29,648 nt of DNA from a virus (IMGVR_UViG_3300020280_000115:1-29648); one strand, 5' to 3'. Shown: positions 9,239 through 18,515, counted from the stretch's first letter. The notes: generated by a model not told the origin, from the sequence alone. Program-made: numbers and translations.

Positions 9239-9525
9239 TTTTCACTGACAGTTTCACCTTGGGTTAATTTAACCACCGTGAATTCTGTAGTGTTGAATAG
9301 TGTATTCAATTTCTTCGCTAGATTAAATGCGTGTCCAGGGTTTGAAAAACTAACCTTTTTGTATTTAGGTCCTGGGTAGTTGTTAAGCAAGTTTGCACTT
9401 TTCAGATTGAACGGCTTGCCCTTATAGAACACTGCCCAAATTCCTTCAGCCGCTAGGATCTGTTCAGACTTGTAGTCTTTCTTATTTGTATACTCTAAAA
9501 GTACTGTTGGTTTAGGTCTACTCAT
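9235..9525 (-). CDS. Hypothetical phage protein
   Basis: 96 aa ORF MSRPKP...GPKYKKVSFSNPGHA, preceded by ATAAATA. Confidence 0.8.
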   Translation of the reverse strand: MSRPKPTVLLEYTNKKDYKSEQILAAEGIWAVFYKGKPFNLKSANLLNNYPGPKYKKVSFSNPGHAFNLAKKLNTLFNTTEFTVVKLTQGETVSEK

Positions 9526-9543
9526 ATCTTGCTTATATATGAG

Positions 9544-9550
9544 TATTTAT
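9544..9550 (-). promoter_or_regulatory. T4-like late promoter candidate (ATAAATA)
   Basis: Minus strand GATAAATACTC in the intergenic gap about 19 nt upstream of ATG 9525. Confidence 0.5.
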
Positions 9551-9566
9551 CGAACTTTAGGTTGTG

Positions 9567-9815
9567 TTATAGTTTACCGCCGTCTACTTGCACGTTTACG
9601 GTTTCTTCTTTGCCTGCTTCTTTCTGCTTATTATGGGCCATTAAAGCCTCATAATCCCCCGCTAGACGGGCCAGCACTGTGGCTAGGGTATATGTGATAT
9701 GCTTGGCTGTGTTGATATCAATCCGCACTTCTTTTTGTTTTCCTAGGTCGGCTCCTTTGACCTGTTCAATAAATCTTTGTAGACTGGCTGTATTAAGTGG
9801 TTCTTTTGTTTGCAT
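9567..9815 (-). CDS. Hypothetical protein
   Basis: 82 aa ORF in operon. Confidence 0.7.
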   Translation of the reverse strand: MQTKEPLNTASLQRFIEQVKGADLGKQKEVRIDINTAKHITYTLATVLARLAGDYEALMAHNKQKEAGKEETVNVQVDGGKL

Positions 9816-10287
9816 TTGCCAACTCCGTTTTCATTTCTAATATTGTTCTGAAAGGGCCTTTGTATGGATACCTTTCTAAAGTGAGTAATTTAGGACAATA
9901 ACTTCTTACCCAACCTTTTTCAAATTTTATTATGTAGTAACCTGCACAATATAAACTTTTGGACTTTTTACTTTTGTTAAACAATGGTAGTTTACGTTTT
10001 ACATCGAACACCATATTGTAAGGAACAAATTTGCTTGGGTAATCATACACATCATTTTTCTCTGATTCAACTGGCCCTGGTGCAGATAAACTTGTACCCC
10101 ACATCCAGTCACCTGTAAAACTTTGTTCTAGTGCGGTTGCAGTATCAAATATTCTAGTTCCTGATTCGCAACTAAACATATATCTTCTGTCTTCCTGTTT
10201 ACATATTGTTCCTACTTTTTTGCCGTCCGATTCCAGTATCCAGAATCTATTTTCTAAAATAGGTTTTGCATATAATTTGTTTGTCAT
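9793..10287 (-). CDS. Hypothetical phage protein
   Basis: 164 aa ORF with GAGG RBS, ATGA overlap with the RNase H gene. Confidence 0.8.
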   Translation of the reverse strand: MTNKLYAKPILENRFWILESDGKKVGTICKQEDRRYMFSCESGTRIFDTATALEQSFTGDWMWGTSLSAPGPVESEKNDVYDYPSKFVPYNMVFDVKRKLPLFNKSKKSKSLYCAGYYIIKFEKGWVRSYCPKLLTLERYPYKGPFRTILEMKTELANANKRTT

Positions 10288-11279
10288 GCCATTACCTCTT
10301 CTTTTTTATATTTTGCGTTTAATGGTTCAGCATAACTTTGAGGATATTCTGCAATTCTTTGCAAGTCCCATTTGGCACAAAATTTAATTAATTTCAGACC
10401 TACTTGTTCTACTGCCTTAGTCTTTGCACTTCCGACTGTTTCTTTAATAATTTCTTTTATTTCATCTGGCTGTGCAGACAAATCACATAGTGTCACGTTT
10501 CTAGTGTAATCATCAATTACTCTATGTTCAAACCCTTCATGGTCCACCCAACGTTGCAACATCATATTGTTCCAACTATAACCTTTTGAATTTCTATCTT
10601 CGAATGCTTCAGTTAAACCGACTCTAGTTTTTGTGCCTTTTGTTCTTACTCCAGGAAAGGCCGAAAATACATTGTCGGCAGTATCTCCTCTCATACATTT
10701 TTCAAATAATAACCATTGTGGATTTGGAGCCGGTCTATCTTCTCCTGTTTTCTTATCTTTCACTCTGTTGCCTTTATCATCAAAGTATCCTTGATGTGTA
10801 ATTGTAACTTCTTGAACTCCATTGTATTGTGCAACATTAGGAGCAATCAATTGGGCGAAATCTCCATCTGTGCTTATAATAAAGTGATTATCATTAGGAT
10901 GTGCTTGTACCCAACCTGCAATTAAATCATCTGCTTCTAATTTGGGATTTTGTAAGACTGTGCAATTAGTTTTTTGATCTATGAAATCTTTGAAGTTGTC
11001 AAATGTTTCCCAAAACACTTCATCCTCTTCGATCTCTTTTTCTGTTCTGGCATCTCTTACATTTTTTCTATTTCTTTTGTAAGGCTCATAAAAGTCTTTA
11101 CGCCAACTTCTACCTTCCAAACAAAATACAACGTGATCTCCTTTGAAGTCCTGCCATACTTTTCTAATGCTATTAAAGGTGATGTGCAACGCCATACCTA
11201 TCTTACTGTCCAAATCGCTCTGTATAGCGAACTTGGATCTAAAGAAAGTGTTTGCAGTATCAACCAAAATATAGTTCAT
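10284..11279 (-). CDS. rnh: T4 RNase H-like 5'-3' exonuclease (FEN family)
   Basis: ILVDTANTFFR, SWRKDFYEPYKRNR, EADDLIA, STDGDF, GDTADNV motifs. Confidence 0.92.
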   Translation of the reverse strand: MNYILVDTANTFFRSKFAIQSDLDSKIGMALHITFNSIRKVWQDFKGDHVVFCLEGRSWRKDFYEPYKRNRKNVRDARTEKEIEEDEVFWETFDNFKDFIDQKTNCTVLQNPKLEADDLIAGWVQAHPNDNHFIISTDGDFAQLIAPNVAQYNGVQEVTITHQGYFDDKGNRVKDKKTGEDRPAPNPQWLLFEKCMRGDTADNVFSAFPGVRTKGTKTRVGLTEAFEDRNSKGYSWNNMMLQRWVDHEGFEHRVIDDYTRNVTLCDLSAQPDEIKEIIKETVGSAKTKAVEQVGLKLIKFCAKWDLQRIAEYPQSYAEPLNAKYKKEEVMA

Positions 11280-11500
11280 TAATCTATATCAATCCTTACT
11301 ATGTGTTTTCTTAATTCCTTAACAAAGAATTCTAACTTATCAATCATTGAAATTAAGTCTTTATCTGTAATATATCGACTTCGTTCCTTCAATCTATCAT
11401 ATTCCCTTAATGATATTTGCACCATTGGAGAAAGATCTCTACTGGATTCGTTTTCCATTGTTGCATCAAGTCCTCTTTGCTTTTCTTCTGAGTCCGTCAT
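11279..11500 (-). CDS. Hypothetical protein
   Basis: 73 aa ORF with AGGAG RBS. Confidence 0.7.
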   Translation of the reverse strand: MTDSEEKQRGLDATMENESSRDLSPMVQISLREYDRLKERSRYITDKDLISMIDKLEFFVKELRKHIVRIDID

Positions 11501-11509
11501 TTTATCTCC

Positions 11510-11890
11510 TTAACTAATCTCTGATTTGTCTTTGCCCAAATCTTTAACATTAATATAACCTGCGCCTCTGTCTGGATCCATGCCTTCTTCTTGCAATATG
11601 TTTCTTGCAATAGTTTTGAACCATCCATCAACTATTTGTTCATTTGTTTCGCCTTTATAGCCTGCGTCCAACAATTTTTCAATAAATTCATTGTTCCAAT
11701 CCAGTTCAAAGAATCCATTTCTTATGTTGTCTTCATTTACCTTAGTGTCTAATACAGCCACCCAGGGTTCGCCTTGTTTTGTTGCCTGTTCTTTTTCTTT
11801 CATCAATGCTTCAAGTCTCTTGTCCTTTTCTGTCTTAGGAGCACCCTCTTTCTTCTTGAATACATCTTTTACTTTTTTTATTACATCCAT
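11510..11890 (-). CDS. Hypothetical phage protein (likely start MDVIKK)
   Basis: ORF with EPWVAVL...NGFFELDWN; ATG at 11890 sits just past the queE stop. Confidence 0.75.
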   Translation of the reverse strand: MDVIKKVKDVFKKKEGAPKTEKDKRLEALMKEKEQATKQGEPWVAVLDTKVNEDNIRNGFFELDWNNEFIEKLLDAGYKGETNEQIVDGWFKTIARNILQEEGMDPDRGAGYINVKDLGKDKSEIS

Positions 11891-11891
11891 T

Positions 11892-12806
11892 TTAAGTTCC
11901 CCATTTATTTCCAAATATATCTACTTGCAATCTTGGAGTGTATCGCCATCCTCTTTCCATTGCCAACTTGGCGACTCCTTGAGTGTTTAGATTATACATT
12001 TCCGATCTGCCGCCTAAAGGCATACAATATACCGGAACATTAATTCCAACAGATTGATATTCTTTTACCGCTCTGCCGACCTCATCAACGTCTGTTTGAT
12101 CAGCAACAACAAATTTAAAATATCCGTCACTGTTTGGAATATCAAAGTATGACCTAGCAACATCAGGTTTGATTGCAGTTTCCCACGGTTCGCCTGATAC
12201 GGAAAGTTTTGGAGAACAACTCCAGGTCACTTCGAATCTGTCTTGTTTACGCAAATACTCTTCGAAATCTTTGTGCAAAGGTTGTGTTGTATTTGTTTCG
12301 AAAGTTACGTTCTTTAAATCTTTCATTCTTGGATGTTCAAATAGTTCTACATAAAATCTCTGCCAACCTAGCAACGGCTCGCCACCTGTCAGAATAAAAT
12401 GTATATCTTGACCATTGGACATCGTCCACTTTTTCTCCGGAGTCAAACCTAGCACATAATCAACCACTTCATCTATTGTATGATCTTTCATATACTTTTT
12501 AAATTCTGGATAGATACTTGCATACGTATCACAACCAGTGTGAACTATAGGCAACTCCTCAAAAGTTTGAACATTTTCTAAAACATTTTCATCTAACAAT
12601 TTTTTAACCTCAGGATTGTATTTGATCCCTTGCTTTAATTTTTCTCTTCTGTTAGGATGTCTTTCCAAGCCAAAGTTCATGCATCTAAAATTACAACCAA
12701 ATGTTCGCAAGAACACGGAAGGAACTCCTACAAATTTTCCTTCTCCTTGTACAGAATAAAATGCTTCACTGTACCTCAGTCTTTGATTGTGTAGTCTACT
12801 AGTCAT
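11892..12806 (-). CDS. queE: 7-carboxy-7-deazaguanine synthase QueE (radical SAM)
   Basis: EAFYSVQGEG, VFLRTFGCNFRC...GCDT, LTGGEP, FETN, SPKLS, KFVV, PRLQ; adjacent to folE. Confidence 0.92.
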   Translation of the reverse strand: MTSRLHNQRLRYSEAFYSVQGEGKFVGVPSVFLRTFGCNFRCMNFGLERHPNRREKLKQGIKYNPEVKKLLDENVLENVQTFEELPIVHTGCDTYASIYPEFKKYMKDHTIDEVVDYVLGLTPEKKWTMSNGQDIHFILTGGEPLLGWQRFYVELFEHPRMKDLKNVTFETNTTQPLHKDFEEYLRKQDRFEVTWSCSPKLSVSGEPWETAIKPDVARSYFDIPNSDGYFKFVVADQTDVDEVGRAVKEYQSVGINVPVYCMPLGGRSEMYNLNTQGVAKLAMERGWRYTPRLQVDIFGNKWGT

Positions 12807-13473
12807 GTCCTTTCATACTCAAACAGATATCATAAAACTCTTTTTTCAATGGAGCGTGTTTATCGAATGCACCCAATAATATAGCAGTTGTCATATCTGA
12901 TTCATGTTCTCTAACACCTCTCTGTGTCATGCAGTGATGTTCTGCCTTAATCAATACTGCCACATTAGGAGTCTTTGCATATTTCTGTAATGCTTCTGCA
13001 ATTTGCGTTGTCATCTCTTCTTGTATCTGTGGACGTTCTGCAATATGATGAACTATCCTGTTAAATTTAGAAAGTCCTATAACTTCTTTTTCTGGAAGTA
13101 TACCTACCCAGCATTTTCCTACAATGTTCTGAAAGTGGTGGGCACACGTGGACTTCACACTAATCGGACCGCTAGTGTATAAACTTCTATATCCCATATT
13201 GGGAAATGATGTGACCTTAGGTGGATTTACAAATCTTCCTGCAAATATTTCATTAATATACATTTTTGCGACACGTCTTGCAGTCTCTTTAGTGTTGTGA
13301 TCATTTTCAGTATCAATCACCAAAGAATCCAAAACATCGCCAAACGAATCTTCTACTTCCTTTTGTAATTCTCCTAGTTCGCCTTGTTCAATATAATCAC
13401 TGATGTTGTCATTACTGTGAAATCGTACGCCTTTTTCTTTAAGCCTCTGCCTAATCTTTTCTGATGTTTTCAT
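12799..13473 (-). CDS. folE: GTP cyclohydrolase I
   Basis: ETARRVAKMY, STCAHHF, IGLSKFNR, RPQIQE, HHCMTQRGV. Confidence 0.96.
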   Translation of the reverse strand: MKTSEKIRQRLKEKGVRFHSNDNISDYIEQGELGELQKEVEDSFGDVLDSLVIDTENDHNTKETARRVAKMYINEIFAGRFVNPPKVTSFPNMGYRSLYTSGPISVKSTCAHHFQNIVGKCWVGILPEKEVIGLSKFNRIVHHIAERPQIQEEMTTQIAEALQKYAKTPNVAVLIKAEHHCMTQRGVREHESDMTTAILLGAFDKHAPLKKEFYDICLSMKGHD

Positions 13474-13686
13474 TTAATCCTTCTTAATAATTTTTTCTAA
13501 AACTTCGATCTGCTCTACATACTTTCCTATATGGTTGATTTCCTTACCAATGCTTTCAAGGATATCAGTATGTTCGCCAACGCCGACTGCATTTTTCATA
13601 TAAACTTCAACATTTGTTTTATGTTTTGCAATCTGACCTTCTGCGTGTTTTACCAGAGCGTCAAATATCATTTGTCTAGTTGCCAT
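13474..13686 (-). CDS. Hypothetical phage protein
   Basis: 70 aa ORF with AGGAGG RBS. Confidence 0.75.
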   Translation of the reverse strand: MATRQMIFDALVKHAEGQIAKHKTNVEVYMKNAVGVGEHTDILESIGKEINHIGKYVEQIEVLEKIIKKD

Positions 13687-13709
13687 AACATTTCCTCCTA
13701 GTTGTTATA

Positions 13710-14312
13710 TTAACAAATTTTAGCCAATTTGTCAATGATTTGATTGTAAACAATTTGGTTTCCTTCCTCCGAATAATGGTTTGCCGTTCCCTTATACTTA
13801 GGCCAGGTCTTACTCAAATTCAAAATATTATCTTCTTTTGCGTAAAAATTGGATATATCAAAATGATCTATTGCCAAATATGGAATTGGTATAAATTTTT
13901 TAATTTCGCTTCTGATCATATTGTAGATGTCAATTGCGTATTCATCGTCATAGTGATGATGGAACCAATTTTTGGCAGTGCGTAATCTTGGATTGAACCA
14001 ATCAAATTTATCCATTATGTCTGTGTAAATTAGATCACAATTCTTGTGCAATCCTTCTTTGTGTACTGGGTGTTTTGGTGTGTGTATCCTGCTTGGACTT
14101 GTATGACACACAATCACGCAATCATAGTTGTTTACCCAATATGCATCTGTGGCACTTAGGTTCCACAGTTGTTTCAATATTTTGTATTCACCAACTCCTG
14201 CCTGTGCAATATTATTCACTGCATGATTCTTTGCCAACATCAAAGGCCAACCTTCTCCAGTGGGCCATTCGCAACCAAAACTGTCTCCTGCCAATACTAT
14301 CCTTTTAGCCAT
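13710..14312 (-). CDS. SGNH/GDSL-like hydrolase or acyltransferase
   Basis: LAGDSF block I, NIAQAGVG block II, ANHYSEEGN block V. Confidence 0.7.
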   Translation of the reverse strand: MAKRIVLAGDSFGCEWPTGEGWPLMLAKNHAVNNIAQAGVGEYKILKQLWNLSATDAYWVNNYDCVIVCHTSPSRIHTPKHPVHKEGLHKNCDLIYTDIMDKFDWFNPRLRTAKNWFHHHYDDEYAIDIYNMIRSEIKKFIPIPYLAIDHFDISNFYAKEDNILNLSKTWPKYKGTANHYSEEGNQIVYNQIIDKLAKIC

Positions 14313-15112
14313 GACAGATACTCCTTTGCGACCAGGTCGTGATATTTTTTATTGAAATGTTCATTGTCTTCTAAGAAATAATCTTCTGCTTTGTGTCCTA
14401 ATGTATTTAGATGGTCTTCGACACTCTTCTCTGCTCTCTTCAGTGTTTTAATTTTACCAAAATATTCGAAGTTGTTGGGCCATATACCTCTGCTTCTAAA
14501 ATTGAATACGTACAACTTGGCGTTGTGTTCTGCACAAATATTGTCCCAAGCATATGCATTCAATAAGAATTCTCTCTTTTCTAATGTTGTATTACACTCA
14601 TTGAAAAGTTTTACCTGCATATAGGAATCTTTTCTTAAGTCAGGCTCTTCCAAACCTCCTTCATTTGTAAATTTAAAACCTTTAGCATTATTATAATCTT
14701 CTGCTGTAGGCTTTGTCAATATTTGAACTGTGTCTCCTGCTATAGGTTGATCAGAATATTTTTTAATCATGTCAGTGGATTGTGGATGTTCTATAGTGAA
14801 ATGATCAACTGGCTCTGCTTCTTGCTTTAATTTTCCATCGAAACTTATAACCATTCTATTCAATGGAGCAAGACACAAGAATACTTCGTCTATGTCATTG
14901 TGTTTTTCAAAGGAAGTTTTCAACCAGTTTGTGTACAGACTGTTAGTTGCTCCTGGCTGTGCATATATGACAATAGGCTTATCGTGTATTTTTGAATACG
15001 TTTCACAATAGTTGTTGTCGTTCCAGAATGAATAACTGCCCGGACCTACCTTTCCTTCAATTGTTTGATATCCGACTGTATGGCTGTCACCTATAAAAAG
15101 TGTTCTACTCAT
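14297..15112 (-). CDS. SGNH/GDSL-like hydrolase or acyltransferase
   Basis: FIGDSHT block I, AQPGATN block II, EDNEHF (DxxH) block V. Confidence 0.72.
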   Translation of the reverse strand: MSRTLFIGDSHTVGYQTIEGKVGPGSYSFWNDNNYCETYSKIHDKPIVIYAQPGATNSLYTNWLKTSFEKHNDIDEVFLCLAPLNRMVISFDGKLKQEAEPVDHFTIEHPQSTDMIKKYSDQPIAGDTVQILTKPTAEDYNNAKGFKFTNEGGLEEPDLRKDSYMQVKLFNECNTTLEKREFLLNAYAWDNICAEHNAKLYVFNFRSRGIWPNNFEYFGKIKTLKRAEKSVEDHLNTLGHKAEDYFLEDNEHFNKKYHDLVAKEYLSWLKG

Positions 15113-15488
15113 TTTTTGTGTAATCCCCTTTGCCTGGTATAACGTTTCTTACACCGCCTTTAGGATTCTCACAATCGCCATCTTTTCTAGGAATAAGATG
15201 CACGTGTGGATACATCACTGTTTGTCCTGCGGCTTCGCCAACATTTATTCCAATGTTGTAACCTTGTATTACGCCTTTCGCAATATTATCATTTCCGATT
15301 TTAATTGCAAGTTCAACACATCTAATAATTCTTTCCTGTGTTGCTTCTTTAGGCACAATTAAACTGTGTCCTTCTGTGACAGGATATCCGTCATTGTACC
15401 ACACCATATCTTTGAAATCATATACGACATCGCTCCAAGGTGCTCTACCTTCTTTCTTCGCTTGTTCTAATGTATCAACTTTTATCAT
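15105..15488 (-). CDS. HIT-family nucleotide hydrolase (likely start MIKVD)
   Basis: YPVTEGHSLIVPK, NVGEAAGQTVMYPHVHLIPR; GGAGG RBS 7 nt before ATG 15488. Confidence 0.9.
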   Translation of the reverse strand: MIKVDTLEQAKKEGRAPWSDVVYDFKDMVWYNDGYPVTEGHSLIVPKEATQERIIRCVELAIKIGNDNIAKGVIQGYNIGINVGEAAGQTVMYPHVHLIPRKDGDCENPKGGVRNVIPGKGDYTKNE

Positions 15489-15940
15489 TACCATTCCTCC
15501 CAAGGAAAAACAATCCAACACGGCAACACATCTTTGTCTATACCGTAGCAGTAGTAATTTAATTTATCGAACTTGCTGGGTGCATTGTGTATGATTGCGG
15601 CAGTTCTTACTCTGTCTTCACCACCAAAATTCTTATTGATGTAATTAAATGTTTCACCAGTGTCATTTATATCATCTATAATCAATATCTTCTTTTGAAA
15701 TGCGTATGCTTTTTCTAAATTTCTAAGATCAGGTTTTGCCTTATGATCTCTTAATCTTACGTCCAATGCTTCATGAGGTTTGTTCAGTCTGTGACTGAGA
15801 TATATTCCAGGTATGCAACCACCTCTGTTTATCCCCATAATCACGTCCGGTTCCCATTTGTCTTCAGCCATTCTATCTGCAATTTTTTCTAATGCGTTAC
15901 GGACCTGTATCATTGTGAAATATTGTTTATTAACAGTCAT
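15488..15940 (-). CDS. Purine phosphoribosyltransferase (Gpt-like)
   Basis: GINRGG, PRPP loop ILIIDDINDTGET, C-terminal WIVFPWE. Confidence 0.88.
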   Translation of the reverse strand: MTVNKQYFTMIQVRNALEKIADRMAEDKWEPDVIMGINRGGCIPGIYLSHRLNKPHEALDVRLRDHKAKPDLRNLEKAYAFQKKILIIDDINDTGETFNYINKNFGGEDRVRTAAIIHNAPSKFDKLNYYCYGIDKDVLPCWIVFPWEEW

Positions 15941-16332
15941 TAATATTTTTCCTCATCTGGATTTTTAGAAACGTAATCATTGTAACAAATTCTCCATATG
16001 TTCCTAAATTTATCATACGCAATTTTTAAACTTGGATATTCTTCACACAGTTCATCAATCTTTGCTAACGTTGGCACAGAGTTTTCAAAAGGTTTAGGCA
16101 CATTGTAATCTTCAAAAGTCATGTTTTCAAAACCCTTGCCTGCATCTTGCCTCATCATGTCTCCCATGTCCACAGTGCCTACACTGCCACTGCCACTGCC
16201 TTCTCCATAACTTACAGTGAATCCTTCCGCAGGTGTTGACCAACCATCAAATGTTCCGCTCTCTGGCACCACGTAAGTTACGTTGTCTTCTTTAGAGACA
16301 ATTTTCTTTTCTGAATCCTCGTCTTTGCCCAT
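15940..16332 (-). CDS. Hypothetical acidic protein
   Basis: 130 aa ORF coupled on both sides by TAATG overlaps. Confidence 0.7.
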   Translation of the reverse strand: MGKDEDSEKKIVSKEDNVTYVVPESGTFDGWSTPAEGFTVSYGEGSGSGSVGTVDMGDMMRQDAGKGFENMTFEDYNVPKPFENSVPTLAKIDELCEEYPSLKIAYDKFRNIWRICYNDYVSKNPDEEKY

Positions 16333-16895
16333 TAATATAACTCTTCAATCTTATCACAAATTTTTAGTTTCAATGCATCTTTGGCATCTAACCAAACATC
16401 CTGCGGTGGTAAAAGTATTTCTCTAATTTGTTTCTCACTCATTCCTATACACTTTTTATAATGGTTAATCATTCTTCTTGTGCTGAGTTCGAACTCTTTA
16501 ACACGAGCAAATAGTTCGTGTTCTTTACCTTCACTGCCCCAACTGTATTGGTGTGATAATATTGAAGTGTTCGGAGTCAAAATCCTTTTTCCTTTTGCAC
16601 CTGCAATGAATAATAAGAATCCACAACTAGCAATAAGTCCTAGTCCAACAGTCTTTATTGGTATTGTACTTGCTTTCATTGTATCTATTAAAGCAAATGC
16701 GGCGTGTACGTCTCCGCCTGGTGAATTTATTATGAGTGTTAGTTGTGGCAATCTATTTTCCGATAGATTGTGATTCATTATCCACTTAATTACATCTCTG
16801 CATGAATCTGTGTTGATGTCATCCATTAGCACATAAATTCCGTTGGATGCCAAATTGTTTGTAGGCGTGTTGTTGTTGCTTTGCTTTTTAGCCAT
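16332..16895 (-). CDS. clpP: ClpP-like serine protease (likely start MAKK)
   Basis: INSPGGDV, GLIASCG (nucleophile Ser), LSHQ (His), DVWLDA; GGAG RBS. Confidence 0.88.
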   Translation of the reverse strand: MAKKQSNNNTPTNNLASNGIYVLMDDINTDSCRDVIKWIMNHNLSENRLPQLTLIINSPGGDVHAAFALIDTMKASTIPIKTVGLGLIASCGFLLFIAGAKGKRILTPNTSILSHQYSWGSEGKEHELFARVKEFELSTRRMINHYKKCIGMSEKQIREILLPPQDVWLDAKDALKLKICDKIEELY

Positions 16896-17964
16896 TTGAT
16901 ATAACTCCATATAGTTGATTTCCTGAAAAGAATGTATCTTTCAATTTGTCTTTTTGTTTATAGATTAAAGGAATATACTTTTTATAATTTTCCATATAAT
17001 CTTCAATTTTAGCAATTAGTTTTTTCTTGTTTGCCAAATAGTTTTGCCAATCTTCAGTCCATATACTTGGATAAGCAAATTCTGGGATAGCCATTTCGCT
17101 ATAACTTAATCTGTCTGGAACCATAGGGATCACATCTAATAATGCTCCCTCATACCAACTTATACCTAATGTTTCTTGTAAGTTTGCACTGAATATCATT
17201 TTAGCACTGCCTAATAGATTGTGATATTCATTTTTACTTAAAGCCTTTTCTTGGCATACAACAAATTCATATTGCGGCATCGCTTGTTTTAAATCATTGA
17301 ATATGGCAGGTTGTTTTTCAGGAGCCATTCTGTGTGGAAACAAAATTATATCTTTCTTATCCATATTCTTATATAAACTTAAAGTTGGTTCCATATATTC
17401 CATAGGCCAACCTACTCTTGATATTTTTGTTGTTGGTCCTGGATTTAAACCTAAATATTTTCCTGCTTCTGGAAATGCTTCTGTAAACATATTGATATGG
17501 AACTCTGTTGCATAGAAATTGTGATCAAATACATCGAACATTGCACGTTCAGTATTTCTAACCCAATCTGCATCTCCAATTAATCTTCCTAGGAAGTCTT
17601 GTGGATCATATGAACCGGCGTGCCACATACCGCCTATTTTAATTTTTACATTTAACAATTCAGCCATATATTTTAATTGCAATACAGTCGGATTCCAAGC
17701 GTCTGTGTAAAGGAAATAATCACCGTCTTTCACTTTACCCTCACAGAACATTGCGCCTATCTTTTCCATTTGTGCAGACTTGTAGACGTTTGTTCCACCA
17801 AAGTTTAGAAAAGCACCTGGAGTTGTTGCTTGAGGCGTGTCACCTCCGCTTATTGTTACCACGTTTTGATTAGTCGCACGTCTCATTTGTTTAGGAAGAT
17901 GCTCTTTCCATTCTTTTGTGTATCTTGTATCTACTGCTTCTAAATCAACTATGTATATTGTCAT
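16888..17964 (-). CDS. GT-B fold glycosyltransferase (GT4-like)
   Basis: FPHRMAPEKQP and QETLGISWYE (Ex7E) donor-binding motifs; PMVPDRLSYSEM. Confidence 0.8.
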   Translation of the reverse strand: MTIYIVDLEAVDTRYTKEWKEHLPKQMRRATNQNVVTISGGDTPQATTPGAFLNFGGTNVYKSAQMEKIGAMFCEGKVKDGDYFLYTDAWNPTVLQLKYMAELLNVKIKIGGMWHAGSYDPQDFLGRLIGDADWVRNTERAMFDVFDHNFYATEFHINMFTEAFPEAGKYLGLNPGPTTKISRVGWPMEYMEPTLSLYKNMDKKDIILFPHRMAPEKQPAIFNDLKQAMPQYEFVVCQEKALSKNEYHNLLGSAKMIFSANLQETLGISWYEGALLDVIPMVPDRLSYSEMAIPEFAYPSIWTEDWQNYLANKKKLIAKIEDYMENYKKYIPLIYKQKDKLKDTFFSGNQLYGVISNG

Positions 17965-18128
17965 TTTTCTTCGTAATATCCTAACACTGCCAAACCAATA
18001 AAAAAGAACGATGCGAACATAAACATATCGCTCACGAACTCATCTCCACCGGGTAAACCAGGCATTGGCATAAACCAAGCGAAGCCTACGAGACAGATAC
18101 CTCCTATTGTTCCAAATAGTAACCACAT
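17961..18128 (-). CDS. Small membrane protein (likely start MWLLF)
   Basis: Two hydrophobic segments; ATG at 18128 avoids overlap with the upstream gene. Confidence 0.6.
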   Translation of the reverse strand: MWLLFGTIGGICLVGFAWFMPMPGLPGGDEFVSDMFMFASFFFIGLAVLGYYEEK

Positions 18129-18132
18129 AATT

Positions 18133-18510
18133 CTACTTTGTGTAGACTGTGTGACTTCCGTTTTCACCATCTTCACTAACATCTATTTCAATATCTCTAT
18201 CAGGATATCTTTTGTTTATTTCAGTGTATAAATCATCACTTATCATTTCGCAAGATTTATAATCTAATTGTAAAGTTTTTTCTGCATACAATTTCTCTAA
18301 CCATCTCTTGAATTGAATAAACTCTATATCTCTGTCATCATGGAATACTTCTATTCCTACTTTGAAATGAAAGATGTGTCTGTGAGGATAGCCAAGAAAT
18401 GAAACATCATATTCATCACCAGTTGCTAGTTTTGGATCATCCAACGCCGCTGGATATTTGTGAATACCTTCTTTTCTAAATGTTACCCATATATTTGTTT
18501 TTTTATTCAT
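18133..18510 (-). CDS. QueD/PTPS-like T-fold protein (LxxxHRHxF, DpdL-type)
   Basis: EGIHKYP, FLGYPHRHIFHF, IEFI, SCEM, VSEDGENG; lacks the QueD CxxxHGH motif. Confidence 0.8.
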   Translation of the reverse strand: MNKKTNIWVTFRKEGIHKYPAALDDPKLATGDEYDVSFLGYPHRHIFHFKVGIEVFHDDRDIEFIQFKRWLEKLYAEKTLQLDYKSCEMISDDLYTEINKRYPDRDIEIDVSEDGENGSHTVYTK

Positions 18511-18515
18511 ATATT

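Noticed and set aside
16182-16200. Short CACTGC tandem repeat
   Set aside because: It simply encodes a GSGSGS linker.
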